Shown here piece after piece: positions 38,770 through 51,329 of a stretch of 64,000 nucleotides of DNA (its first letter is position 1; each line of letters begins with the position of its first letter). The notes beneath the pieces are model-generated. The model was not told where the DNA came from. It worked only from the letters and a program-made list of their open reading frames with translations, and searched no databases. Source of the DNA: Intoshia linei (Eukaryota; Animalia; Orthonectida). The position numbers were made by a program, and so were the translations under genes. The stretch is taken from the NCBI GenBank assembly GCA_001642005.1, contig LWCA01000002.1, positions 73,954-137,953 of the forward strand, written 5' to 3'.

Positions 38770-39984
38770 TTATTTGTATAAATGAGAATCAAAATTATAC
38801 TTTTTTTCAAGTTGGTAGCAAATTATGTTTAACGCAATTTGAGGATTTCGAATTAAAATATCAGTATTATCGATAGCGACAGATTTAAACTGTTGACGTA
38901 TGGAATCAACATTAAAAAATAAAATTATCGGAGTTTGAGAAATATGCTCCAAATTAAACCCGATGCGATCGAGATAAGCTAAAACATCAGTAAGGTGTTC
39001 ATTTGGAGGTTTTTCAATGGCAACAAAGTCTTTGCAATTAATTAAACTCATTAATCGGTTATTTTTACTGAATAGTTTATACATATGAGAATATGAGGCT
39101 GGAATAAAAGTTTGTTCCTTGTTCCTAGGTATATATGCTATCAAACTGGTGATTTTTAATTTTAATTTATTATATTCATCACTTTTAAATTCTTGGATAT
39201 ATTTAATGTGGGCTCGCTGTAAAGTTTTTGGTTTATATTTTATAATATTCAAAACATCCACTTGATTTGAAAGGCTATAACCATAATCATTCATAATTTT
39301 AAAGCATTTAAGAATTCTCATTCGATGTTGGCGTATCCTCATCAATTTAATGCAAGTCTCGTGATCAATAGTTTGTAAAGACACATATTTAATCAGTTGA
39401 TCATAATATGCTTTTAAAGGGAAAATAGTAGGTTTACGGTAAGATGTTTGTAGAATGTAAGGCCATTTAAAAAGTAATTCCAAATTATAAAACGAAAATC
39501 CCATTTCATCTCTAATAAATTTTAGTCTCCGTTCCAGAGTAAAATAGTCAAATAATAATATATCTGTATACCCTTCTAAATCAGATTCTTTCCAACAAAC
39601 AAATGATTGTAATAAAGCCAAATTTTTCAAAATTTTACGGTATATGTTGACATCCATATCATCCTTTAATTTTGAATCTGATACATGCTTGTAAAATTTA
39701 TCAGACTTTGCACAGACATGTAAAATGTTTGAATTTGGTAATTTAGAAATTGTACCACACAACAAACCTATATCATTACCGTTAGGTCTTCCAGCATCCA
39801 ATTTAAACTTTGGGTAAAATAATCTAAGCAACATGTTTTTGAGAGAACCATCTTTTGAAATTGTCGTTCTATAGCTTAGAGTTGGGTCTCTTTTATCACG
39901 TATTATTGGTTTGATCATTTTATTTCTGATATTGACAAATTTAAATGCATTGGAAACTGAATATTCAATTTTAAACGTATTCAT
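38770..39984 (-). CDS. mTERF-family mitochondrial transcription termination factor-like protein, intronless
   Basis: 404-aa ORF with mTERF-like repeats (LERRLKFIRDEMGF..KWPYIL; LAYLDRIGFNLEHISQTPIIL) and a basic N-terminus. The C-terminal ICYQLEKKYNF recalls invertebrate mTerf5-type proteins (from memory). Confidence 0.65.
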   Translation of the reverse strand: MNTFKIEYSVSNAFKFVNIRNKMIKPIIRDKRDPTLSYRTTISKDGSLKNMLLRLFYPKFKLDAGRPNGNDIGLLCGTISKLPNSNILHVCAKSDKFYKHVSDSKLKDDMDVNIYRKILKNLALLQSFVCWKESDLEGYTDILLFDYFTLERRLKFIRDEMGFSFYNLELLFKWPYILQTSYRKPTIFPLKAYYDQLIKYVSLQTIDHETCIKLMRIRQHRMRILKCFKIMNDYGYSLSNQVDVLNIIKYKPKTLQRAHIKYIQEFKSDEYNKLKLKITSLIAYIPRNKEQTFIPASYSHMYKLFSKNNRLMSLINCKDFVAIEKPPNEHLTDVLAYLDRIGFNLEHISQTPIILFFNVDSIRQQFKSVAIDNTDILIRNPQIALNIICYQLEKKYNFDSHLYK

Positions 39985-40126
39985 TTTAAAATTATAATCT
40001 GTTGATTTGATTGCTTCAAAATTGGCAGAGTCGCACTTTTAATCCAATTCAAGCAATGCTTTATAAATAAACTTTACCTTTATTAACATCGAAATTATTT
40101 ATTGAATACCGAATTATCGTTGTTAC

Positions 40127-43100
40127 ATGGCACGTCGATCAAACCAAAGAATTAAAAAGGTAATCTTTTTCGTGTAAATTTACAATTATTTTTAATTTCA
40201 TGTAGTATACAAGAGGTACAGCTGTTGCATATATAAGTCGTACTGCTGCATTAAGGAAATTACAGCTTACATTACGCGATTTTAAGTAAATTTTTAAAAT
40301 ATTGTCATTAATGAATTTGTAAATATCATTTATTTCAACAACCCAAGATTTTAAAAATTGTATAATCAATTTGATACGTTTTATGGGATTTTCTCACAGA
40401 AAACCTAAAATTATCAAAATTTCGAGAAGCTTAATTTTAGTCAAAACTTTTGACTAAGGTACACTAATAATGGTACTTATTGTATTTTAAAGCTGGTTTG
40501 GTGTCGACACTTGAGATTTTTGACATTTGAGATCTGATTTATACTAGAAATTTGCAACTTGGTTCATAGGTTCATAGAAAAATTTTGGATCTCTGGAATC
40601 AACAAAAACCCTTTATGAATATATTTATATTTAGAAACATTTGAGTTTATTTTACGGTAAGTTTGATTGCAAATGTAAAAATTCCGAGAGGTTTAAATTG
40701 TGAGAAAGGTTGAGAAAGAGCTGAATTATAAAACACATTGATATTGAATTTTTCTTCCACTTTTTTCGACATCTTTTGAGAAGAAATTCTACTATTATTT
40801 AAAGTTTCAGTTTTAATATAGTTTAATAATGTCGAATTAGCTTTTATGGGTTTTCCAGATCTTTTTAAAGTTTCAGTAGCACCAGTTTCTTTAATTTTTT
40901 TTACTATATTGCAAACAGTTTTATTGGAATACATTTATTTTTTTAGAAATTTCACTACCTGAATAACCCTATTTGTGGTAACTAATTATCATATCTCGTT
41001 AGAAATCACTTCTTTTGACCATGTTGGATGACCGGAATTATATTTGAATCAAAATTTAAAATGAAAGCAAGTTTTTATGTCTAAATTTAAACTTTTTAAA
41101 AATGAGTAAATATTTGTTTATCATAAAATATTTCTGGGAATTTAATTAATTAAATGGTGATCAATTAAGAATGAAAATAGGAAAACTATAGTTATAATAA
41201 TACGGACGTAGTATTTTCTTCTTGAATGATATACATTATTTTGAAATATCTTCATTGAGTCAAAAGTTACGGGCATATTAATAAATGAGTAAATAATTCT
41301 TTACCACACTGTAACCTTATCCACATTTCTAAGATTCTTGAGTTGACATTATAAATTTCACATTCAAATTAGTTGATATTCAAGAATATTTTTAATGATT
41401 AATTTAGTAAATTAAAGCCTCCATTTTAAAAAAATTTCTTCGAGATCCCTCGGTGGAAGGATCTTGCATACGGTAGATTCGGCGCTGGTAGTTCGCACTA
41501 AGTATGTTTGAAATTAATTTTTATAATTACGCCATTGAAGCTACCATGTCAAAATTAATGTAAAATTTTAATTTAAGGAAGAATATATAATAAAAAAATA
41601 TTACCTTAGTGACGTGTTCAGGATTAAGAGGATTTTTTTGAAAATTATGTGGTCCACACATTTTTTTGTGTGATAAGTAGAAAGAGAGAGTAGTAGTAGA
41701 TAAGTCCATGGTAGAAAAAGTTTGGGGACCACTGACTTATACAATCAATTCTGATCTACATGAACACCTCTCATAATTAACATTTTTTTATGTGAATATA
41801 ATTTTCAGCATTTAGATTGATTTAAAGTATTTTAAAATTAAAATTTAACTTTAACATTGTTACTGCAATTGTTTTTTTTGTCTTTTTCATTGTTCACTTA
41901 ATACGATAATATGAACACTAATAAAATTTGGTACTCTCGTTTTCATATTGAACAGGATTGACTGTATAAAATTTTATATGTGTGTTACTGTTTATTTAAA
42001 AAAGAGAACTATTTGATTTGTCAATATTTAATTACTGAAACTGTCAGTATTTTCAACAAAAATTGCCACTATAAATATTAAAATGTCAGTAATAAAATGT
42101 AATTTGTCGTTATTCAATTACATATTTGTCAGTTTTTGTTCATGTTAAGTTACTCCACAAAAAAGGTATATAGAAATAAACACATTTTATAAAATAATTA
42201 AACTGACAGTAATAATATTAAATATTCAGTAAATAAAATACTAACCTAAAATAACGACAATTTATTATTTATTTATTATATCAACCGACAATTTAATATT
42301 TTTACTGACAAAATATTTAAAATACTGACGCTATAAATACAAGTCTTTAAAAAAACCCCAATTGGTAATACAGTGTTTTAAGAGTGATGCAGCATCGCAA
42401 ATGTCATTTCTCGAAATTATGTCCTTCCTAATAAAAATCCCAATTTCACCTTATTTCAAAAATAAAACAGCCGTAACATTTAAAAAAACACATCTTCGGA
42501 TGCGTTTGAAAAGCATTACCTGTATATTTAATTTATCATTACATTTGAGAAAAGGCAATATGGGGTTTTGGTTGTCAAAATGCATTATTTTTGACGTTGC
42601 CATTTGTTATAATACTTATTTTAAAACTACCCGAGAATTTATGTTTTAAAAAATTTTAAATTATATTAAAAAGTTTTACAATCTTTAAATTTAGACGATT
42701 ATGCATTTTAAAAGGAGTATATCCTCAAGAACCAAAAAGCATTAAAAAGGCCAACAAAGGCAAAACTGGAAATCGTACATATTTCTTTAAAAAAGACATT
42801 TTATATCTTTCACACGATGAACTTATTAAAAATTTTCGAGACATTAAAGTAATTTTAATATTATCAGTGATTGATAGAATTAAAAACTCGATTTTGAACT
42901 TTTTGGTGTAGTGCCAAATCTAGTCTACCGATACCTCATCAGGGGAATCGGCGAAATTTTATTAAAATCTAAATTGGCAGCATTTTTCCAAATTAATGAT
43001 TAAAAAAATATTCTTGAATATCAACTATTTGGTGAGTATAAAATGTTAAGTCAAGAGACTTGGAGAGCTGACTAAGCTGTGACACTACGCATCGTTATCA

Positions 43101-46100
43101 AAATTCTTTTAGTGTTTATTTTTCATTTTAGAGGGGATTGAATTTCGGTTTGATAGATTCGGCTGTTTTCATGAATCGAATCTCTTAAAACTTGTCAATT
43201 TTTTATTTTTCACTTTCGATTATGTCATGAATTATCATTCTTTATTCTGATTCATTGGTTGAGATACTAAATTTTTCACCTACTATATATCCACTTTTCA
43301 TAAGTTTGAAAATTTTTTGTTGCGTTGAATTAGAGCCCTGCATGAATCTTTATTTCCACTCTTCCTGTTATCATTATATGTTTGATCCTAATCTGTTGAT
43401 AGTGCTAACTTGGTACCTTTTTAACCTTGACTAAGTTTTTGAATTGTAACAGCTATGTTAACTTTTATTATTCGTTATAGACCAGGGGTCTGCAACCAGT
43501 AACTGGGTTAAAAATGACTTAACGAAATTTTTTGATCCTTTGAGTTTTCAATGGCCAAGTTTCTCTATTTTACATATTTGCTATACTATGGTCATTTTTC
43601 CTAGATTCATATTTATAAACGAAATATAAAACATTAATATCTGATTGTTGACTGTTAATTAAATTTTAAATAGATAACATATTGCCTGCATCCCAAATAA
43701 TGATATTTGCGCCAATTATAATTGAAACTTTATATTATTTATAAATGTTTCCTGGTATACTATAATATTACCTGTGTATTGAGTTGCAATATTTATACAC
43801 ATTTTATACTGTTACTAGTTGAATTTATTATGATTTAAATTATTTCTACGTGTAGTTATTTTGCAAAAAATTAAAAAGTGCCAAAGTAAATTATGAAACT
43901 AGCCGAGTTGGAAAATTATTGGAAAACCAACCAGTCTATTCAATCGATCACACCATAAAAGAAAGATACCCTTCTTTTGACTTGGCGTTACGAGATATGG
44001 ACGATTGTCTATCAACCATTTTTTTGTTTGCGACATTTGCTAAAAGCAAATATGTCGGAAATGATTTAATATCAATTTGCAAGAAACTTTCAATTGAATT
44101 TATGCACTATGTAATTCAAGAAAAATGTTTGGAAAAAATTTTCATTAGTAGCAAGGGTATTTATTTTGAAATTGAAATTCAGAATCAAAAAATACGATGG
44201 GTTCAACCTCACAATTTGACATATCAGGTAAGTTGTGTTATTTCATTGTACAGTTTTATTTAGAAAGATTTTGATGTAGATTTCAAAGTAATGTCGATTT
44301 TTTGTGAATTTTATGTTACCTTGTTAAAATTTGTAAATTTTCAACTATATCATTCAATTAATCTTATTTATCCTCCAATGGTAGTTTAAAATTTATTTTT
44401 TTTATTTTAATTCTAGCTTATAAATTACAGACCATCGAAAAGTGATTCTAATGGTTGCGATTCTTGGGTTGATGAGGTAATTTTATTTATTTTGATTGTT
44501 TTATAATTTATAATTATCGTCTACATTTGTATTTTTAATTTGTTTATTAGGTTTTGTCTTCTCTTGTATGTAGTTTAAAATTAGTTCAAGATCCTAGCTT
44601 ACTGGATTGTATCGAGGATATACCAATAGAAGTAAGATTTGTATTTTTAGAATTCGCGTTTTATGTACATTTTAGAGTGAAGGTGTAAGCAATGTACATA
44701 ATCAAATCCAAGAAAAAATTAAATTTCAAAATTTATTCAAGGATAAAAAATTCTTTATATGTCGGGAATGTCCTATAGATGTGTTGACGTTTATTATTAG
44801 GTATGTTTTGAATTAACTATTATTTATTTTTGTTAGGTGTTTTGGTGGTAGCGTTGCCTGTGAATCTTTAAACTCTATTAAACAAGAATACTCTGTCAAC
44901 GATCCCACAATTCATTACGAAATTGTTGATAGACCTAACATTTTAATTAAATATCAGAATCGGTAATATATTTCTTAGTTATTATTTTAACGCATGTTTT
45001 TCAATCGTTGTCTAGTCCTCAGAGATTAGACGTTTAGAACGATAGAAAATCAGTTTTACTAAAATTTTGAATTTTGACGTGACTAGATCAGAAAGATTGG
45101 CAAACATTGTTTGCGCAAATGTTTAATTGTTTAATTATTTTTTTATAAAGATCATATCTACAGCCCCAATGGATATTTGATTCTGTAAATGCTAAAAAAT
45201 TGTTAAATGTAAAAAATTATCTTGTTGGAGTTGAAATGCCGCCACATTTATCTCCATTTGTCGAAGAGTCTAATTTAATTGATCAGCCTGAAGAGCCAAC
45301 CGTTGAGGGTTAGTGTTTATTATATTTTTTAATATTCTTAGAAATTAAAGTGTCTCAACCTAAAATCAAAAAGATTAAAAAGGAAATGGTAAATTATTAA
45401 ATTGATTTTATGTGCAAATGGTTGAGCCATATTTTTGTGATTTATATAAATGTTGAGTTTACAATTGTTTCAACTTTACCCACTTTTCGATTACCGGCAA
45501 TCTACCATTTAAAGTTTTGATTATCGGTATTTATTGCAATATATCTGAGCTTTGTTAAAATGTACTGTATCAAACATAATAATATGAACAAAAATAAATT
45601 ATTTTACTTAGAAGAACATGAGAAAATATGTACAAAAAATATTAATTTTCAGCGTTTTCCTCTAATAGCTAATTAACAAATTATAAATTTTCTCGAATTC
45701 ATAAAAATGTATGATTCGTCAAATTGATATACATTTTGGGTCGTGAATGTAATAATTGATTAGTAATCTTGAAATCAAAAATCCATTAAAAAGGATTGCC
45801 AACAAATAGTATGGGTAATGAAAATGACATTGTAAAATTGGTCAAAATTTATGTTATCGTGCTTGGTTGGTATGCAGGTTCCTTACAGTACTGTCTGTCG
45901 AGAGTATTACTTAGTTTGTTTTGATAACCATTTACATTTTAATTAATTTATATAAATTAAATTCTTTAATTATTATAAATTACGTGATACGAATGGTTTT
46001 AATTTGTTTTTAAATTTATTTTAGCCGACTAAAAAAGTTATGAAAGTTGTAAAAAGTATAGAAAACCCTAATGAACCAGTTGAAAATACAAGAAAATTAG

Positions 46101-46281
46101 CAGAAATGATTATTCCAAATAAAAAAAAAACAATGTATCAAAAACTAATGAAACAAAGGAAGTTGGCAATAAAAGAGGTTTTCATTTTTTATTAAAAGCG
46201 TTGACTCAGATGTGACAAATTCAGGTCCGCAAAAAATTAAAACAGATAAATAACAGCTTAACTGAGAATGTAAAAACCTAA
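40127..46281 (+). CDS. PES1: Pescadillo homolog (PeBoW complex, BRCT domain)
   Basis: Exons 40127-40159, 40206-40285, 42695-42848, 43856-44227, 44264-44380, 44417-44476, 44551-44631, 44676-44800, 44837-44962, 45151-45308 and onward to 46225-46281. Motifs: [67 protein letters not shown]. Confidence 0.96.
40640..41312 (-). mobile_element. Tc1-like 5' fragment in PES1 intron 2
   Basis: Paired-HTH remnant ([24 protein letters not shown]) and a TA-cagtgtgg end at ~41310. Confidence 0.6.
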
Positions 46282-46699
46282 TGTAGTGTTAACGTTTCTT
46301 AGAAATTACATGACATTTTATAATTCACTTATACAACATTTTTCTTTTATATAATAAAAGTGATAAGTTTTTTATTAACAGTAAGCGTTATCTACATGGC
46401 CTATGAGAAAAAAGTGTGTTGCAATTTAAATTTTAAATATGTATGTGTCTAATTATATATAATAATATGTAAATACATCGTAACTAATTGACCGTTATAA
46501 TTATTCGGCTTATACTAAACCAGAACAATTTCGACATTTAATATTTTGTGGTTATCAGTATTGTAATGACTTCATTGATAGAACCTTTAAAAGTTCTTTT
46601 CAATTTAATAATTAAAACAAATTTTTATAAATAATATATTTTAATGTACATTATAGAAATCTAAATTAAAACGGGCTAAAATGGAGGCAATGGCGTAGT

Positions 46700-48756
46700 T
46701 CAATATACTGCAGATATTATTATAATAATCAATAAAATTGCTACAAATATTAAACATATTATATACGTTCTCCAATTCTAAATTTTTCATGTCATTGTAA
46801 AATATATTTAACTATATTATAATTTATAATAATAACTCCTCATTGGTAATAATTATATTTATTTATTTTTATATACTAGGTCAGGTTAGTTTAACAAAAT
46901 TAGATGAGGCGACAAAGATATGAATTATAACAACGATCCTTATCCATGTGAACCTGATAAATTAAAATGTTGACACTGAAATTACTATATTCGTTTTTAA
47001 GAATTAAATTTGTATAATTTTTTACATTTGTCTTCTTTTTTTGAAATTTATTCACCAATAAGGGCTACTATAATTATTAAAAATATTTACCCTTCTAGTT
47101 TTTGCTTTTAATTTTGTAGCTTCATTCAATACCTTACTTGCTTCTTCCACATAATCAACTGTAATCTCAACATTGTGTTCTATATTGTCGATCATGATGC
47201 CCTTGAATTAATTGACGTTATTAGTAATCTATATTGTCATTTAATACACCGAATTATACCGCACTTTAATGGTACAAGCCATTGTAGCTTTACATTTTTT
47301 TAATACAACTCAAATTAATCTAAATGTATTTGTCTAATGATGTTGAAGAATGTTAACTGAATTTAAATCAATAATAAATAATTTTATACGTTTATTAATT
47401 ATTTATTTACTTAAATTTTTACTCAATTTTTTTGAATTGGGCAAATTGTTTATTCGCGAATATATTATACTTTATGGGTAAAACTTAATCTTTTGCATTC
47501 TCAATTTTACAAAATATAAAATTATCATATTTTGGTTTAAATGAGTACAGTAGTTTGTTTTTCAAATTATTAATACATACTTGGTCGTGTATCATGTTAT
47601 TTAGTTCTTGAAAAACATTGTGCAATTCTTCTATATTTTTGCTAACATTTTCAATTTGTTGGTGTTTCTTTTGCACCTCACAAAGAGACAATTTGGCCTG
47701 TTCCGTTTCTTTTAATAACTTGACTTTTAATTATAAGGTGATATTAAATATTACATTAGTGAAGACTAGATTGTTGTGATTTGAATCTTTCCTTGTGATA
47801 CTTGAATCATTTACTAATATACGTGAATATAATGGGTTTATCATAAATTTTATGATAAACTATGTTCATTATTTTTGAAAATTTTACCAATTTCCATTTT
47901 CATTTCAATCATTTTTTTACTTTGTTCTTTGTATTTAATTTCAGATTGGTAAAATGAATTTGATAGGTTGGTAAATGCATTTATAAGGGAATTTACGTGA
48001 ATATTTTTCATCCTCAAATTGATTTGGTAATTTGTATTGAAATTATCAATTTCTATATAATTTTATAAAATTTAAAATAAAAGTTTATATAACCGGTTAT
48101 GTCAGCTCTTACAGATTTTAGTAATTTTCTTATATTCACTTTGAGATTTTCCAATCGATTGAATAGGCCTAGATATTATTAAAATTTTATTAATTTTAAA
48201 GTTTTTTGGTGAACGAAAAGGTACCATTGTTTATTTGGACATTATTAAGTGTTTGAATTTGATATTTATGTAAAAGTTGTATGTCTTGATCTATGTCTAG
48301 CACTTTTTTCTTGGTTTCTGACACCTAATAAATAATAAAATCATCATTCTCATTTAAGGATACGGAGAGCTAGAAGTGGGTCCAATCAGATGAAAATTAT
48401 ATATACATTACTAATATATTCAGTTATTTTAATAGCTAATATAAATGTTCGATCGAGTAATGAGTCATGACCTTTACATCTCTCCACAGTATGGGATCAT
48501 ATAATACAGTTTATATGTAAAACGTCACGTTTGATATCTGATTATTATTATTTTTTTTAAATTCAATTAAATACCCTATTTAAAAATATCTTCATTTCAT
48601 TTTCAATCAATTGTTGGTCAGTATCGTCAATATTAATGTTAACATCATCTTCGTCTACTAGTTCTGGATTTACATGTTCTAGTTTCTAGTTTTAATTGTT
48701 ATTATAAATTAAATTTATACATTTTGCAATTCACACGTTCTATCTTTTGTTGGCAT
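46700..48756 (-). CDS. STX1: Syntaxin-1-like plasma-membrane Qa-SNARE
   Basis: N-peptide MPTKDRTCELQ; Habc exons; SNARE motif EVQKKHQQIENVSKNIEELHNVF..HDQ|GIMIDNIEHNV..VDYVEEA; terminal TM exon 46700-46777 (NWRTYIICLIFVAILLIIIIISAVY*). Confidence 0.9.
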
Positions 48757-49959
48757 TAAAATTTCACAATTAATATTTCGTTTTAGTTTTAAAATTAATC
48801 AAACAGAATAATAAACATAATTTAATGTTATTTTTTAATTTTATATGAATTTATATAATATAAGTAGGCTTGGGCGTACCATGCATATACGACTTTATAT
48901 ATAAATTTATTATGATCCAATTATACAATTATAAGTATTTCAAAGTTTAGTTTATCATATATTGAAAATTTTTAAAATCTTCAGATTGCCATCCATTTTG
49001 GCCTAAAATTTAGACTTAATGTCAATGTTAACTAGTATATTTTGTATTGTTAATTTAATATAATAGGTCGTAACCTCGTTGTTATTGCAACTTTATTATA
49101 AATCATAAATACTAACCGTCTGGTAGCGCCTTATGTTTATTTTTTTATGAATTATGGACATATTCGAGGCAAGAGTTATTTCCAATAACCAATACATTTT
49201 TAATAGTTTTTAGCGAAAAAGGAAGGATGATTTTCTGATCATATTAGACATATTTTACTTTATGAGTTCTACATGGGGTATATCGTATCGAAAACTAATC
49301 AAAAAATATGCAATGTTTATGGCAACGTGTTACTAATCTACGAAGAATCTAAATATGATTCTAGAGGTTACACCAAAAGGGATCTTGCATACAGAATATT
49401 CGGCATTGTATACAGTCACAGCATTAATAACTAACTCTGTCACTACGTACAAATACATGTAATTGTATAGAATATGAGCCTCCCATTATGTTGTAATTAC
49501 ATTTTATTTTTTAAAGTACATATGTTCCTTAATTTTTAGTACCAAACCTGACTGAATTACTAGTCAATTAGCAAGGTTGACTGTAATTTAAACGTAAAAA
49601 ATTACCGCAATCAATCAAGGCAATTATAAGAGAGCTACTGTAAAGAGCTGACAATAAATCTAATATATTTATGCAATATTGTAAAAAGTGTATATACTTG
49701 ATTTTTCTAATTTGTCTTTGTATTTTTCAGCTAAATTGTCGTCACAATGTACTAAATAGTTTTCAATTTATAAAAATTTTTATTCACGAATATAAGATTA
49801 TAAAAAATAAAATAGATGTAATATAATCCAAGATGTTGACAATAGTGATTGTGCCCGGAGTTTTTGTAATTTTTCGGTATTTCCCGAAACAAAGTATTGA
49901 AAAGAATAAATAATATCAAACATTTGGTTAAAATATGAATGTAAAAGTGATAAAGCAGT

Positions 49960-50240
49960 GTGTAGGGTTTGAAAAAAATGATATGCTGTAGTGGATCTTC
50001 GACCTTAAGCCTTTGTAGGCATTAAATATACAAATATCACAATACAAAATAGTGATAGAAATATATCTCATCTGAAAAACTAATGAAATAAAGAAAAAAC
50101 ACTCCATTTATAAACCCAATTAAAAAATAATTAATTTATCAATGAATTGGTTGTTGAGCGGATGTGTAATGACGGGTTTTCAATGAAAACAATAACTAAA
50201 AGTGAATTTTATAGGGAGACGTTGAAAATAAGAATAATGA
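49960..50240 (+). pseudogene. Short hAT/BED transposase remnant
   Basis: Fragment INELVVERMCNDGFSMKTITKSEF resembles the hAT N-terminal dimerisation region; stops lie on both sides. Confidence 0.35.
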
Positions 50241-51329
50241 GCTTTTAAGAATGTACAAGTAATGATACATAGAACCCGTTTCAAGGACAATTCTATAAAC
50301 ATGTTATTTATTTTAAAACAGTTTTTTAATAATGTAAAATAATGTTTGAAAAATTTTTTTTCAAGTTATTTCTTCAATTTTTGAATTAAGTAAGCCTATT
50401 ATTTATTCTTCTATGCGGCATAATTTATAACGAACAAAATAGGTTAGATGATAATTGGATTATTAATTAAGTCAGCACTTCACGGATCAGTAAATATAAT
50501 TTTGACTTTCCCGTTAAATCACAATCACTAGTTAACATACTCAAAAATCGATCCGTATTTGTGAATTTATATTTATACTTTCCTACCAAAAAATTGGTTA
50601 GTTTATAAATAAAATAATAAAAATTTCTTAAAAAAATCCAACTTTTTTCTAAAAACCTAAAGATATAATTAAATATAGAAGGGATCGGAAATCCATTAAT
50701 TATGTTAATTATTATTCCAACAATATTTTTAAAACTTTTATAATTTCTTTGTCATGATTGCCGTCCCAAATGAAATGATTTACAGCTTTTTTGTTAAATG
50801 CTCTTATTTACAATGAAAAGTGTACTTGAAAAAACATGTGTAGATTTCATAGTTTTGATAGTAAAGATGAAATATAATTTGAGGAACAATTTAATTTCTC
50901 AATATTATCTCAAATTTTAGAAACAAGGATAAATAGCCAAAGAGGAAAATTAAAAATGAAATTCAAATTCATTTACTTTTAATTAATGTAAGTGTCTGAT
51001 AATGACAAAGTGATCCAAGTTCGTCAACATTAGGGTAACCCAAAAATAAGTAAATTATCGAAATAGAAAAAGTAATTGTTAGTATAATCACTGATTATTT
51101 ATCCGTATCATTTATTTCAATAGTCTCGGTATTTGTGTGTATGCCTTTTTATTAAAAATTGTAAATTTTACTCAATTTAAAATCATCCATGTTGTTTTTA
51201 AATGTTTTAAAAATGTCAGAATTCCATGCATCTAAAAAAAATTAGTACAAATTATATGTAAAAATCACTATAAAATATATACATAGCAATATCAAACAGA
51301 ATTCATGGCGAACCACGCTTTAAAAATTA

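Noticed and set aside
48357-48540. GC-richer intronic patch in syntaxin as a possible snoRNA
   Set aside because: I could not find convincing C/D or H/ACA boxes with terminal stems by eye; an Infernal/Rfam search would be needed.
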